Assembly: GCA_902625475.1 (NCBI GenBank)
Contig: CACOBR010000005.1
Span: 9,738-73,737, forward strand
Length of the DNA: 64,000 bases
Direction: 5' to 3'
Source: an uncultured Alphaproteobacteria bacterium
Lineage (GTDB): Bacteria; Pseudomonadota; Alphaproteobacteria; Rhodobacterales; Rhodobacteraceae
Shown here: positions 1 through 13,217 of the stretch, in pieces
How the letters are laid out: each line of letters opens with the position of its first letter
How positions within the stretch are numbered: the first letter of the stretch is position 1
Notes under the pieces: generated by a model
What the model was told of the DNA's origin: nothing
What the model saw: only the letters and a program-made list of their open reading frames with translations
Databases searched by the model: none
Position numbers and translations under genes: made by a program

Positions 1-2355
1 TTTAAAATTTATCTCTAATGTTTCTCTATTGTATCTTTTACCTTTGCAACTTTCACAAGTAACATAAACATCAGGTAAAAAATGCATTTCAATTTTGATC
101 AAACCATCACCCTTACATGCCTCACATCTACCACCTTTTACATTAAAAGAAAATCTACCTGGAGAATAGCCTCTTGCTCTAGACTCCGGCAATCCAGAAA
201 ACCATTCCCTTATGGGAGAAAAAGCACCTGTATAAGTAGCCGGATTAGATCTAGGAGTTCTTCCAATAGGTGACTGATCAATATCTATGACTTTATCTAA
301 ATACTCTATACCATTGATATATTTACATTTTGCTGGGATTGTTCTGGAGGAGTTTATTCTAGAACTTACAGTTTTAAACAAAGTTTCAATTACAAGTGTG
401 GACTTACCCCCACCTGATACACCAGTTACACAAGTAAACGTACCCAAAGGAAAAGCAATGCTAATGTTTTTTAAATTATTCCCAGATGCCTCAATTATTT
501 CGAGAAATAATCCATTACCTTTTTTTCTTACTTTAGGAATATCAACCTTTTTTTCACCTGATAAATATTTACCAGTAATTGACTTTGGTGATTTGCTTAT
601 ATCTTTTGAATTACCTTCTGCTACTACTAAACCTCCATTGACACCAGCTCCAGGACCAATATCTACTATATGATCCGCCTCCATCATTGCCTCAAAATCG
701 TGTTCAACTACTATTATAGTATTACCTTGATCCCTTAAGTTCTTTAATGTTTTTAATAATCTTTCATTGTCTCTTTGATGCAATCCAATTGATGGCTCGT
801 CCAAAACATATAATACACCAGTTAATCCTGAACCTATTTGGCTAGCTAATCTTATTCTTTGACTCTCGCCTCCTGAAAGGGTCCCAGACTTTCTATTTAG
901 TGTTAAATAGTCTAAACCAACATTTTTTAAAAATTGCAATCTCTCTTTAATTTCTTTAATAATAGATTCAGCAATTTTATTTTGTTGATTGCTCAATTTA
1001 CTACTGATTGTTTCAAATTTAATTAAAAGTTCTTTTATTGATAATTCCACCATTTCACCAATGTGGAGACCATCAATTTTGACTGCTAATGCTTCCGAAT
1101 TTAATCTATATCCATCACAGATTTCGCACTGTCTCTCATTTTTATATCTCTCAAATTCATCCCTAAACCAATTACTAGTTGTTTCTCGACTACGTCTTTC
1201 AAGATTAGGAATAATTCCTTCAAATGGCCTATTAACATCATAAATCCTCCCATTATCATCATATCTAAACTTTATTATTTTTCCTTTTGATCCATATAAA
1301 AACAAGGTTTGAATTTCTTGGTCTAATTTATCCCATGGGGTACTTAAAGAAAAATTATAGGCTTTTGATAATGATAACAAAGTTTGTGTAATATAGGGTG
1401 AAAAAGATTTGGACCAAGGCACTATCGCACCCTTTGATAAACTTAAAGAAGTATTCGGTACAATTAAACTTTCATCAAAATAATCTTCAATACCAAGACC
1501 GTCACATTTTTTACATGCTCCGATAGGTGCATTAAAGGAAAACAACCTTGGTTCAATCTCAGCGATCGTAAAACCAGATACAGGACATGAAAAATTTTCT
1601 GAAAAAACTATTCGATTGTTTTTTTTAGTTTCTGACAATATTTCAACATATGCAATACCATCAGACAGATCTAATGCTGTCCTCATACTGTCAGATAATC
1701 TTGTCTGAATTCCATCTTTAAGAATTAAACGATCTACTACAACCTCAATATTATGTCTTAATTTTTTATCTAAAACTGGTAAATCATCTAATTCATAAAG
1801 TTTTTCATCTATTTTTACTCTTTGAAATCCTTTTTTTTGAAGTTCCAATAACTCTTTCTTATATTCTCCTTTTCTATCTCTTACAATTGGAGCCAAAATG
1901 AAAATTTTTTCATTTTCTTCTAAACCCATAATTTGATCAACCATGTCAGATGGTTGTTGAGCTTTGATTGGAAGACCTGTAGCTGGACTATAAGGCACCC
2001 CCACTCTTGCATATAATAATCTTAAGTAATCATAAATTTCTGTAACTGTCCCAACAGTTGACCTCGGATTTTTACTTGTAGTTTTTTGTTCAATAGCTAT
2101 TGCTGGTGATAGACCACTTATTTGATCGACATCAGGTTTGTGCATTGTGTCTAAAAATTGTCTCGCATATGCACTTAAACTTTCTACATATCGTCTTTGT
2201 CCCTCAGCATAAATAGTATCAAAAGCAAGACTAGATTTCCCAGATCCTGATAATCCAGTAATTATAATAAATTTATTTCTTGGAAGCGACACATTAATTG
2301 ACTTTAAATTATGTTCTCTAGCTCCATTAATAACAATATTTTGTTGATCAATCAT
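1..2355 (-). CDS. uvrA: Excinuclease ABC subunit A (UvrA); C-terminal end lies outside the window
   Basis: It is missing from the ORF track because it runs off the window edge. Reverse-strand translation from the ATG at 2355-2353 reads [68 protein letters not shown], the UvrA N-terminus with Walker [10 protein letters not shown]. Around 790-900 the same frame reads [36 protein letters not shown] (ABC signature plus Walker B). Position 2355 down to 1 is exactly 785 codons. Confidence 0.95.
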   Translation of the reverse strand, partial: MIDQQNIVINGAREHNLKSINVSLPRNKFIIITGLSGSGKSSLAFDTIYAEGQRRYVESLSAYARQFLDTMHKPDVDQISGLSPAIAIEQKTTSKNPRSTVGTVTEIYDYLRLLYARVGVPYSPATGLPIKAQQPSDMVDQIMGLEENEKIFILAPIVRDRKGEYKKELLELQKKGFQRVKIDEKLYELDDLPVLDKKLRHNIEVVVDRLILKDGIQTRLSDSMRTALDLSDGIAYVEILSETKKNNRIVFSENFSCPVSGFTIAEIEPRLFSFNAPIGACKKCDGLGIEDYFDESLIVPNTSLSLSKGAIVPWSKSFSPYITQTLLSLSKAYNFSLSTPWDKLDQEIQTLFLYGSKGKIIKFRYDDNGRIYDVNRPFEGIIPNLERRSRETTSNWFRDEFERYKNERQCEICDGYRLNSEALAVKIDGLHIGEMVELSIKELLIKFETISSKLSNQQNKIAESIIKEIKERLQFLKNVGLDYLTLNRKSGTLSGGESQRIRLASQIGSGLTGVLYVLDEPSIGLHQRDNERLLKTLKNLRDQGNTIIVVEHDFEAMMEADHIVDIGPGAGVNGGLVVAEGNSKDISKSPKSITGKYLSGEKKVDIPKVRKKGNGLFLEIIEASGNNLKNISIAFPLGTFTCVTGVSGGGKSTLVIETLFKTVSSRINSSRTIPAKCKYINGIEYLDKVIDIDQSPIGRTPRSNPATYTGAFSPIREWFSGLPESRARGYSPGRFSFNVKGGRCEACKGDGLIKIEMHFLPDVYVTCESCKGKRYNRETLEINFK

Positions 2356-2511
2356 ATAAAATTAAGCCTTCCTTTATAGGATTAGAGACATTAGACGTAA
2401 TTAAATACATATTCATAAATAAAAATTATTAAATACATAAATTTAAAATTTATGGTTTAATTTCAATTAAAAAAAATCTATCCTCGTCTTATTTATTTTA
2501 TGGAGGAATAA

Positions 2512-2973
2512 ATGGCAGGAAGTGTAAACAAGGTTATTATAATGGGAAATTTAGGGAAAGATCCAGAAATTAGAAACTTTCCTAATGGTGGGCGAGTTTG
2601 TAATTTTTCAGTTGCTACTTCAGAAACTTGGAGAGATAAAAATTCTGGTGAAAAACAGGAAAGAACCCAATGGCATAATATTTCAATTTTATCAGAACCC
2701 CTAGTTAACATAGCTGAAAGATTCTTAAAAAAGGGATCAAAAGTTTATCTAGAAGGCCAACTTGAAACAAGAAAATGGCAAGATAACTCAGGCTCAGATA
2801 GATACAGTACTGAAATAGTTCTTAGACCCTATAAGGGTGAAATTACATTGATCGACAATAGAGCAGATTCAAATATGACAAATGAACCTATCAGTAATAA
2901 TCAAATGGATGAAATTCAAGAAAATAGCTTAAGTCCAAATGTAGATGACTTTGATGATGAAATACCATTCTAA
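2512..2973 (+). CDS. ssb: Single-stranded DNA-binding protein
   Basis: 153 aa. It has an OB-fold N-terminus ([17 protein letters not shown]...TQWHNISI...[14 protein letters not shown]) and the acidic C-terminal tail DDFDDEIPF typical of bacterial SSB. It is divergent from uvrA. Confidence 0.95.
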   Translation: MAGSVNKVIIMGNLGKDPEIRNFPNGGRVCNFSVATSETWRDKNSGEKQERTQWHNISILSEPLVNIAERFLKKGSKVYLEGQLETRKWQDNSGSDRYSTEIVLRPYKGEITLIDNRADSNMTNEPISNNQMDEIQENSLSPNVDDFDDEIPF

Positions 2974-3097
2974 CTAAAGCAAAATGTTATTGTTAAGTAA
3001 ACATTTTACTATCATATTACAACATATTGTACTAAAATGTTAAAACCCTAATATTATTTAAAGTTCAAATCCAAACACTATTAATTCAAAAATTTTT

Positions 3098-5800
3098 ATG
3101 GAAGATAATCCTAATACAAAAGAAGATAAAAATCCCTTAGAAAGCGTTAAAATCCAGGATGAAATGCGTAGTTCTTATTTAGATTACGCCATGAGTGTTA
3201 TAGTAAGCCGAGCTATTCCTGATTTAAGAGACGGTCTTAAGCCTGTCCATAGAAGAATCCTATATGCTATGCATGAAACTGGTAATACTCCTGATAAGGC
3301 ATATCGAAAGTCTGCAAGACCAGTTGGTGACGTAATGGGAAAATATCACCCACACGGAGACAGCGCTATATATGATGCTTTAGTAAGGATGGCTCAACAA
3401 TTTTCAATGGGTGAAGTACTAATAGACGGTCAAGGCAACTTTGGCTCGATAGATGGTGATTCAGCTGCGGCAATGCGTTATACAGAAGTAAAATTAGCAC
3501 CAATTACAAATAATATACTTACAGATATAGAAAAAGATACCGTAGATTTTCAAGATAATTATGACGGGAAAGATCTTGAACCTAATGTATTACCTGCTCA
3601 ATTTCCAAATTTATTTTTGAATGGTGCAAGTGGTATTGCTGTAGGAATGGCAACAAACATTCCTCCTCATAACTTGAAAGAATTAATTCAAGCTACAAAG
3701 AAATTAATTAATGAACCCAATTGTAGTCTTGAAGATTTATTTCAAATTGTTCCAGGACCTGATTTTCCTACTGGTGGATTAATTCTTGGTTATGGAGGTG
3801 CAAGAAAAGCGTATGCAGAAGGAAAAGGCTCTATATTGATAAGAGCAAAAACAAATATAGAAACCATAAGGCAGGATAGATCAGCCATAATTGTTTCTGA
3901 AATTCCATATCAAGTAAATAAATCAAATTTAATAGAAAAAATAGCTGATTTAGCAAAAAATAAAAAAATTGATGGTATTTCACACATACAAGATGAATCT
4001 GATAGGTTTGGTATTCGTATAGTAATAGAATTAAAACGAGACGCTACCGCTGAAGTAGTCTTAAATCAGTTGTATAGGTTTACGCCTCTTCAAACTAGTT
4101 TTGGATGCAATTTATTAGCTCTTAATAAAGGTAAACCAGAACAATTGAACCTCAAAATGTATTTGGAAGAATTTATAGAATTTCGAGTTGAAATTGTTAC
4201 AAAAAGAACAGAATTTGATCTAAGAAAAAATAGAGATAGAAGTCATCTCTTATGTGGTTTAGCAGTAGCAGTTTCTAATATTGACAAAATTGTAAATCTT
4301 ATAAGAAATTCAAGTGATGGAATAGAAGCCAAAAATAATCTTATGAAAACAAGATGGCCTTCACAGGAAATAGTAGAATATTTAGAATTAATAGATGATC
4401 CATCACACAAAATTAATGATGATGGCACATATAATTTAACAGAAAATCAGTCAAAAGCTATCTTAGATTTAAGGCTGCAAAGATTAACTGCTTTAGGAAT
4501 TAAAGAAATTACAGAAGAATTAGTTCAACTTTCAAAGAATATAAAATCATATTTAGAAATTTTAGAATCTAGAGAAAAAATACTGGATATAGTAAATGAA
4601 GAACTTACAGCCATTTCAGAAAAATATGGGAAGGAAAGGCAATCAGAAATTATTGATTTTGAAGGGGATACTGAAGACGAAGATTTAATTGAAAAAGACG
4701 AAATGGTTGTTAGTGTCACCGCTGGAGGATACATCAAAAGAACTTCTCTATCTGAATATAGAGCTCAAAATCGTGGTGGTAAAGGTTTACAAGGAATGAA
4801 CCCTAAAGACGAGGATGTAGTTACAAATTTATTTGTAGCAAATACACACACCCCACTTCTATTTTTTTCAACTGACGGAATAGTATATAAAATAAAGACC
4901 TGGAGACTTCCAATTGGTGGGAGAAACTCACGAGGAAAAGCGATTATAAATATCTTACCCATAAATTCAGGTAAATCAGTTGCTGCAATTATGCCAGTTG
5001 ATGCACCAGAAGAAACATGGGATGACTTACAGATATTTTTTGCAACCTCAACTGGAAGTGTGCGTCGAAATGCTCTTTCTGATTTCACAAAAGTACAATC
5101 TAATGGAAAAATTGCAATGAAATTACCCGAAAATACTAACCTTGTAGGTGTTAGGATATGCTCTGATAATGATGATGTATTGTTAAATTCATCTAAAGGA
5201 AAAGCTATTAGATTTGCTGTTTCAGATGTAAGAGTTTTTAAAGGAAGAGATTCTACTGGAGTAAGAGGTATGAAACTTTCCAAAAATGATTTTGTAGTTT
5301 CAATGGCAATTATAAGGCATGTTAAAGTTACTTCAGAAGAACGATATTCATATTTTAAAATGCGTAGAGCAATAACAGGTGAGGAAAGTGTTGAAGAAAC
5401 TCAATTTGATACAAGTGAAAAAATGATTACTATTTCAAAAGACAGATATGCAGAACTATCTGCTTCTGAAGAATGGATCCTTACATTAACGTCCTCAGGC
5501 TTTGGCAAAAGATCATCTGCACTTGAATTTAGAGTTTCTGGTAGAGGCGGACAAGGTATTACAGCTGCTAATCTTTTAAAAAGAGAGGATACAATCGTTG
5601 CAGCTTTTCCAGTAGAAGATGATGACCAAATTATGCTGATGACTTCAACAGGTAAAGCTATTAGATGTCCAGTATCTGGAATTTCAAGACAGTCAAGAAC
5701 TGCGTCTGGAGTTAAGGTATTTGACACAGCAAATGATGAAAAAGTTGTATCTGTTGCATGGATAGCTGAAAATAATGATGAAGATGATCCAAGTAACTAA
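3098..5800 (+). CDS. gyrA: DNA gyrase subunit A
   Basis: 900 aa. Motifs seen: [31 protein letters not shown], and [11 protein letters not shown] with the catalytic Tyr. C-terminal beta-pinwheel repeats are present. Confidence 0.97.
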   Translation: MEDNPNTKEDKNPLESVKIQDEMRSSYLDYAMSVIVSRAIPDLRDGLKPVHRRILYAMHETGNTPDKAYRKSARPVGDVMGKYHPHGDSAIYDALVRMAQQFSMGEVLIDGQGNFGSIDGDSAAAMRYTEVKLAPITNNILTDIEKDTVDFQDNYDGKDLEPNVLPAQFPNLFLNGASGIAVGMATNIPPHNLKELIQATKKLINEPNCSLEDLFQIVPGPDFPTGGLILGYGGARKAYAEGKGSILIRAKTNIETIRQDRSAIIVSEIPYQVNKSNLIEKIADLAKNKKIDGISHIQDESDRFGIRIVIELKRDATAEVVLNQLYRFTPLQTSFGCNLLALNKGKPEQLNLKMYLEEFIEFRVEIVTKRTEFDLRKNRDRSHLLCGLAVAVSNIDKIVNLIRNSSDGIEAKNNLMKTRWPSQEIVEYLELIDDPSHKINDDGTYNLTENQSKAILDLRLQRLTALGIKEITEELVQLSKNIKSYLEILESREKILDIVNEELTAISEKYGKERQSEIIDFEGDTEDEDLIEKDEMVVSVTAGGYIKRTSLSEYRAQNRGGKGLQGMNPKDEDVVTNLFVANTHTPLLFFSTDGIVYKIKTWRLPIGGRNSRGKAIINILPINSGKSVAAIMPVDAPEETWDDLQIFFATSTGSVRRNALSDFTKVQSNGKIAMKLPENTNLVGVRICSDNDDVLLNSSKGKAIRFAVSDVRVFKGRDSTGVRGMKLSKNDFVVSMAIIRHVKVTSEERYSYFKMRRAITGEESVEETQFDTSEKMITISKDRYAELSASEEWILTLTSSGFGKRSSALEFRVSGRGGQGITAANLLKREDTIVAAFPVEDDDQIMLMTSTGKAIRCPVSGISRQSRTASGVKVFDTANDEKVVSVAWIAENNDEDDPSN

Positions 5801-5829
5801 AGAAATATCTTATTTAAAAAAATTTTCTT

Positions 5830-7188
5830 ATGACCTCTCATAATATAAACGTTGTTGGGGCTGGTTTAGCAGGGTGTGAAACAGCATGGCAATTATCTAA
5901 AAAAGGATATTGTGTAAATTTATATGAAATGCGTCCACAAAAAAAGACCGAGGCACATAAAACAGATAAATTTGCTGAATTAGTTTGTTCAAATTCGTTT
6001 AGGTCAAGTGACCATGAAAAGAACGCAGTAGGACAACTAAAATGGGAATTAAACAAAGCAAATAGTTTTATTTTAGAAAATGCAAATTTAAACTCTGTAC
6101 CCGCGGGTGGTGCATTAGCTATTGACCGTGAAAAATTTTCATCTGATATCACTGAAAAGATATATTCAAATCAAAATATAAAAATTTTTAAGGAAGAAGT
6201 TAAAAATATTACAGATTTTAAAGATCCTACAGTAATTGCAACAGGACCACTAACGTCCGATAAATTAAGCAACCAAATAATTGCTATTACTAATTCTGAA
6301 AACCTTGCTTTTTTTGATGCTATTGCACCTATTGTTTATTTAGAAAGTATAGATATGAAAAAAGCTTGGTTTCAATCAAGGTATGATAAAGGAAATGATG
6401 AAAACGATAGAAAAGCTTATCTAAATTGCCCACTAAATGAAATACAATATAAACAATTTATTGATGATATTCTAATTTCTTCTAAAATTGATTTTAAAGA
6501 TTGGGAAAAAAATACTCCATATTTTCAATCATGTTTACCAATAGAAATTATGGCAGAAAGTGGAATAGAAACTCTTAGATTTGGGCCTATGAAACCAGTT
6601 GGGTTAAGAAATCCGCACAAAAACAATGAAAGGCCACACGCTGTTGTGCAGCTTAGACCCGATAACAAAGAAAAAACATTATATAACATGGTTGGTTTTC
6701 AAACAAAAATGAAATATGCCTCACAAGTTGAAGTATTTAAAAAAATTCCTGGTATGGAAAATGTTCAATTTGCAAGACTAGGTGGTATCCATCGAAATAC
6801 TTTTATCAATACACCACACTTATTATCAAATGAATTAAGTTTAAAAAATGCCTCCAATATTTATTTTGCTGGACAAATTACAGGAGTTGAAGGTTATGTA
6901 GAAAGTACCGCAATTGGCCTTTTAGTTTCTTATTTTATAGATCAGAAAATCAAAAATAAAAAACCTATTATACCTCCACCCACTACTGCAATTGGAAGTC
7001 TCTATCATCATTTACTTTTCAAAAACGATTTTGTTGAATTTCAACCTATGAATGTTAATTTTGGTTTATTTCAAGAATTACCAAAAATTAAAGGACCTAA
7101 ATTAAAAAAAGAAGTAAAAAAAGTAGCCTTTACATCAAAAGCAAAAGAAGATTGGACAAATTGGATATCAGCTATAAACTTTTTTTGA
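5830..7188 (+). CDS. trmFO: Methylenetetrahydrofolate--tRNA-(uracil-5-)-methyltransferase TrmFO (Gid)
   Basis: 452 aa. It has an N-terminal FAD fold (NVVGAGLAGCETAWQL), the ELVCSNSFRS motif and FAGQITGVEGYVES. Confidence 0.92.
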   Translation: MTSHNINVVGAGLAGCETAWQLSKKGYCVNLYEMRPQKKTEAHKTDKFAELVCSNSFRSSDHEKNAVGQLKWELNKANSFILENANLNSVPAGGALAIDREKFSSDITEKIYSNQNIKIFKEEVKNITDFKDPTVIATGPLTSDKLSNQIIAITNSENLAFFDAIAPIVYLESIDMKKAWFQSRYDKGNDENDRKAYLNCPLNEIQYKQFIDDILISSKIDFKDWEKNTPYFQSCLPIEIMAESGIETLRFGPMKPVGLRNPHKNNERPHAVVQLRPDNKEKTLYNMVGFQTKMKYASQVEVFKKIPGMENVQFARLGGIHRNTFINTPHLLSNELSLKNASNIYFAGQITGVEGYVESTAIGLLVSYFIDQKIKNKKPIIPPPTTAIGSLYHHLLFKNDFVEFQPMNVNFGLFQELPKIKGPKLKKEVKKVAFTSKAKEDWTNWISAINFF

Positions 7189-7205
7189 TACCTAATTAAT
7201 CCTAA

Positions 7206-8063
7206 TTGTTTTTTATCATGATTATATCTAGATTTGCACCTTCACCAACAGGTTTTTTACATTTAGGACATGCTTATTCTGCATTACTGGCTTTTCAACT
7301 TGCTAAAACCAGTAATGGTTTATTTAAATTGAGAATAGAAGATATAGATTTAACTAGATGTAAAAAAATTTATCATAATAAAATCTATTATGATCTTAAT
7401 TGGTTAGGAGTTAAATGGGAAAAGGATGTATTTGTTCAATCGGATAGAATTAACATCTATAAAAATTACATAAATTTCCTAGACGATAGAGGTTTAATTT
7501 ATGGATGTGAGTGTTCTCGATCAGACATAAATAATGCTTTATTAGCTTTAGATAAACCTTTTAAATATCCCAATGCAGTAACTTATCCAGGAACATGTAG
7601 GAAAAAAAAATTAGATATTTGGAGCAATAATATAAGAATAAATATTGATAAAATTAACCATCACCTTGGTAGTCAAACTTTGTCATTTAATGAAAAAGGT
7701 TTGGGACCAAATGGTGAAAAAGGTATTCAACAATTTGATTTACAGTGGTTCAAAAAAAATCTTGGTGATATTGTAATAGCAAGAAGAGATATAAGAACAT
7801 CATATCATTTAGCTTCAACAATAGATGATTTTCATCAAAATATATCACTTGTGACTAGAGGAAACGACCTTTTTTATGACACTCCAATACACGTTTTGCT
7901 TCAAAAATTATTTAACTTCAAAATTCCTAATTTTTATCATCATAAATTAATAAATGATCAAAACGGGAATAAATTATCAAAATCAAAAAATTCTGAAAGT
8001 TTAAACCAATTAAGAGAAAAAGGAATGAGTTTAGATGAAATAAAATCATTAATTGAGCAATAA
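7206..8063 (+). CDS. gluQ: tRNA glutamyl-Q(34) synthetase (GluQRS, truncated GluRS paralog)
   Basis: 285 aa. It has the class I aaRS HIGH-like motif RFAPSPTGFLHLGHAYSAL and the KMSKS-like KLSKS, and no anticodon-binding domain. The track start at 7206 is TTG; the ATG at 7218 (MIISRFAPSPTG) is an equally plausible start. Confidence 0.85.
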   Translation: MFFIMIISRFAPSPTGFLHLGHAYSALLAFQLAKTSNGLFKLRIEDIDLTRCKKIYHNKIYYDLNWLGVKWEKDVFVQSDRINIYKNYINFLDDRGLIYGCECSRSDINNALLALDKPFKYPNAVTYPGTCRKKKLDIWSNNIRINIDKINHHLGSQTLSFNEKGLGPNGEKGIQQFDLQWFKKNLGDIVIARRDIRTSYHLASTIDDFHQNISLVTRGNDLFYDTPIHVLLQKLFNFKIPNFYHHKLINDQNGNKLSKSKNSESLNQLREKGMSLDEIKSLIEQ

Positions 8064-8230
8064 AAAATTTACTTAAATAATATTTTTAAATATTAATCGT
8101 TTTACATCATAAAAAAGTTAATATTCTAAATAAAGTTATAGGACAACTTGTCTGGTTTTATTTCTTTTCATGTTTTATATAAGTAAGTTAACTAATTAAA
8201 TGTTGTTATAAACTTTTTTTTTAAATCTCT

Positions 8231-8644
8231 ATGAAACTTTATTCTGAAAAAATATTAAAGCTTGCAACAGAAATACCTCATGTTGGAAAACTTTATAACG
8301 CAGAAAAAGAAATTAGTCTCAGAACTCCAATATGCGGTTCGAAGGTATCAATATATATCAATTTTGAAAATGGTATTATTAAAGAATATATGCAAGAAAT
8401 CAAAGCATGCGCTTTAGGCCAAGCTTCAGCCTCTATATTTGGATCAAATGCTATTGGTCAAAATTATACTTCTGTTACTAAATTATTTAACAGTGTAAAA
8501 AATATGCTTGAAAATAATGGAGATACACCTTTTAAACCCTTTGAGAAATATGAATTATTGAGACCAGCATATGAATTTAAAAATAGGCATGATTCCATAT
8601 TATTGGTTCTAGAAGCTGCTAAAAAAGCTTTCAAAATACATTAA
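8231..8644 (+). CDS. NifU/IscU-like N-terminal-domain Fe-S scaffold-like protein
   Basis: 137 aa. Cys-containing motifs (PICGSKV, IKACALGQASAS) match the NifU_N/SufU-like fold. The exact subfamily was not resolved. Confidence 0.7.
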   Translation: MKLYSEKILKLATEIPHVGKLYNAEKEISLRTPICGSKVSIYINFENGIIKEYMQEIKACALGQASASIFGSNAIGQNYTSVTKLFNSVKNMLENNGDTPFKPFEKYELLRPAYEFKNRHDSILLVLEAAKKAFKIH

Positions 8645-8651
8645 AAAAATT

Positions 8652-8846
8652 TTAAAAATTTTGAAATATGAAAAATATCAAATAATTTATTATAAAAATA
8701 AAAATACTGTAAGCTGAACCAAATAAAACTAGTTTGAGAAGGTTTAAAAAATAATTAAACATACCGGCATAAAGTTTTGTTCTTGTTTTGTTCTTTAATA
8801 ACTTACATTCTTTTTTAGAGACTGCAAGTATTTTATCCTGTTTCAA
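8652..8846 (-). CDS. Possible small membrane protein (64 aa), uncertain
   Basis: This ORF fills an otherwise long 188-nt convergent spacer. It has a basic N-terminus and a hydrophobic C-terminal segment (LVLFGSAYSIFIFIINYLIFFIF). It overlaps the recG stop by 14 nt. I see no recognisable family and it could be spurious. Confidence 0.25.
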   Translation of the reverse strand: MKQDKILAVSKKECKLLKNKTRTKLYAGMFNYFLNLLKLVLFGSAYSIFIFIINYLIFFIFQNF

Positions 8847-10926
8847 GAAGTGACAGCGACTTATCTCTATTCATCAGATGTAAAAGAATTCTTATATTTT
8901 CACCATCTTTAGATTTAAGATTTTTATTATTTTTTATAATTTCACTTGCATCCTCGTGTGCATAATAAAGTAAATCTTTGTCAAATTCTAAATTTGCAAT
9001 TTTAAACTTTGGGATACCTGATTGCTGTGGTCCAATAGGATTTCCTCCACCACGCATTAATAAATCTTTTTCTGCAATATCAAATCCATTATCAAATTTT
9101 CTTAAGACCTCCAACCTTTCTTTACCTTGATCGCTGACATTTTTTGAGTAGATTAAAATACAATTTGATTTTTTTTCTCCCCTACCGACTCTTCCCCTTA
9201 ATTGGTGTAACTGTGCTAATCCAAACCTTTCTGCAGCTTCAATTATTATTACATTTGCATTGGGCACATCTATTCCTACTTCAATTACTGTTGTTGCCAA
9301 AAGAATTTGAATACTTCCAGCCATGAATGACGTCATTATGTAACTTTTTTGCTCCTCTGACATTTTACCATGCAAAGTTTCAATTTTGATATTTGGAAGA
9401 AATTTATTGAGTATAGAAAGTCTTTTTTCAATTGCTACCAATTCAGATTTTTCACCATCTTCTATTAATGGGCATACCCAATATGCCTGTGCTCCATTAT
9501 TACAAATTTCAAATAATCTAGAAATAAGTTTGTCTATTTTTTTTTCAGAAATAATAGATGTGTCTATTTTTTTTCTATTTAATGGTTTATCAATTATTTT
9601 CGAAATATCCATATCTCCATAGTTTGCAAGTTCTAATGTTCTTGGAATTGGAGTAGCTGTCATTACCAATATATCTAAATTTTCACCTTTTTGTATAAGG
9701 TCGTGGCGTTGTTTTACACCAAACTTATGTTGTTCATCGATAATAACCAATTCAAGTTTTTTAAACAGAACCCCTTTTTGGAAAAGTGCGTGAGTACCAA
9801 TGATTAAATCTGCTTTACCTGATTTAATGATTTCTAGAGTTTCTTTTTTCTCTTTAGTTTTCATTTTACCTGTTAATAAAACAGTATTAATTCCAGCATC
9901 TTTTGTATATTGAAGAAAATTAAAAAAATGTTGATTAGCTAATATGTCAGTGGGAACCATTAAGGCGGATTGACCTCTATTTTCAGCAACTAATATCATT
10001 GCAAATAATGCAACTAATGTTTTACCCGAACCGACATCTCCTTGGATCAATCTGTACATTCTATCAGTTTTCGATAGATCAGATTGAATTTCAGCAATAC
10101 ATAATTCTTGAGATTTTGTTAAAGAAAAGGGTAATTTCTTCCTAATCAAAGTGGAAATTCTATGAGTTGAAATTCTTCTTTTTTTTTTATTTTTTTTTGA
10201 GAAATTTCTTGCTATTAACAAACTCAGTTGATGACTTAATAGCTCATCATAAGCTAGTCTTAATCTAAAATTAGAGTTTAGAGATATGTCATTTATTGTT
10301 TTTGGAGCATGTATTCTTTTTAAACTACTGGCATGATCTGTCCAATTCATAGCGTTGAGTCTTTTTTTACAAACCCATTCATATGAATTAATTGATTTTG
10401 GTAATAATTGAAGAATTTGATTCACACAATTAAAAAATACTTTTTGAGATATGCCTTTTGTTAGAGAATAAATAGGTTCAATTTCTGGAATTTTATCTAA
10501 ATCATTTATTGTCTCTATGTAATCAGGATGAATAATTTGAAAATTATCCATATATTTTTGTAATTTTCCTGATACAAATCGTTCTTGATTAATAGGTAAA
10601 TTTCTTTTGATCCAATCATTTTTTGCATTAAAAAAAATTAAATTTATTTTATTAAATCCATCGGTTACTTCGATACTAATTGGTCCTTTAAAATTTTTAA
10701 AATTATGCTTAATTACTCTTATCTTTAAAATGACTGTTTCATTTTCATTAAAATCATTAACTATTTCTAGATGTTTTCTAATTTTTAAACTTGTGGGAAA
10801 AGAATACAGAAAATCTAAAGGTTTAAATATGCCCAGTTTATGTAAATTGAAAATTGATTTTGAGCCAATTCCTTTTAAATTTTCTAATTTCCCAAATAAT
10901 GGAAATAAAAGATGAGGTCTAAACAT
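8833..10926 (-). CDS. recG: ATP-dependent DNA helicase RecG
   Basis: 697 aa. It has an N-terminal wedge domain and helicase motifs GDVGSGKT (I), DEQHKFGV (II) and QLRGRVGRG (VI). Confidence 0.95.
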   Translation of the reverse strand: MFRPHLLFPLFGKLENLKGIGSKSIFNLHKLGIFKPLDFLYSFPTSLKIRKHLEIVNDFNENETVILKIRVIKHNFKNFKGPISIEVTDGFNKINLIFFNAKNDWIKRNLPINQERFVSGKLQKYMDNFQIIHPDYIETINDLDKIPEIEPIYSLTKGISQKVFFNCVNQILQLLPKSINSYEWVCKKRLNAMNWTDHASSLKRIHAPKTINDISLNSNFRLRLAYDELLSHQLSLLIARNFSKKNKKKRRISTHRISTLIRKKLPFSLTKSQELCIAEIQSDLSKTDRMYRLIQGDVGSGKTLVALFAMILVAENRGQSALMVPTDILANQHFFNFLQYTKDAGINTVLLTGKMKTKEKKETLEIIKSGKADLIIGTHALFQKGVLFKKLELVIIDEQHKFGVKQRHDLIQKGENLDILVMTATPIPRTLELANYGDMDISKIIDKPLNRKKIDTSIISEKKIDKLISRLFEICNNGAQAYWVCPLIEDGEKSELVAIEKRLSILNKFLPNIKIETLHGKMSEEQKSYIMTSFMAGSIQILLATTVIEVGIDVPNANVIIIEAAERFGLAQLHQLRGRVGRGEKKSNCILIYSKNVSDQGKERLEVLRKFDNGFDIAEKDLLMRGGGNPIGPQQSGIPKFKIANLEFDKDLLYYAHEDASEIIKNNKNLKSKDGENIRILLHLMNRDKSLSLLETG

Positions 10927-10967
10927 TTATAAAAAGCTTCCTAATGAAATATCTACAATAAAAGGAA

Positions 10968-13109
<2,142 letters not shown>

Positions 13110-13115
13110 TTAAAC

Positions 13116-13130
13116 ATTGCAAATTGCAAT
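13116..13130. promoter_or_regulatory. Inverted repeat ATTGCAA-A-TTGCAAT in the divergent ligA/mnmA spacer
   Basis: Read directly from the sequence: perfect 7-bp arms around one central base. It is short and AT-rich, so chance is plausible. Confidence 0.15.
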
Positions 13131-13217
13131 AATTGATTTAATTAACAATTCAATATGTGATTTATATTATAATATTTTATTTTCTATAACTTTTACTTTA
13201 TAACATTTTTTTTAATT

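Noticed and set aside
2356-2511. Expected LexA/SOS box in the divergent uvrA-ssb promoter region.
   Set aside because: The spacer contains no GTTC or GAAC tetramer at all, so no GTTC-N7-GTTC site can exist. I noted it as a contrast to recA, not as a feature.
2981-3007. Hairpin AAAATGTT-N11-AACATTTT just after the ssb stop, as a possible terminator.
   Set aside because: The 8-bp stem is almost entirely A/U, the loop is 11 nt and no U-run follows. It is too weak to call.
3063-3072. GTTCAAATCC, which resembles a tRNA T-arm/T-loop, in the ssb-gyrA spacer.
   Set aside because: The flanking bases cannot form the T-stem (TAAAG versus CCAAA). No acceptor, D or anticodon arms can be drawn in the 124-nt spacer. 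It is not a tRNA.
4765-5283. Long antisense ORFs inside well-supported genes. Examples: 172 aa opposite gyrA; 170 aa at 20864-21376 opposite livH; 165 aa at 48559-49056; 145 aa at 39489-39926 opposite icd; 144 aa at 47749-48183 opposite ppx; and the plus-strand ORFs at 82-1243 opposite uvrA.
   Set aside because: Each lies wholly within a gene whose protein carries unambiguous family motifs. Their translations are low-complexity (Ser/Ile/Phe/Leu-rich) with no motifs. They are shadow ORFs produced by codon-phase bias.
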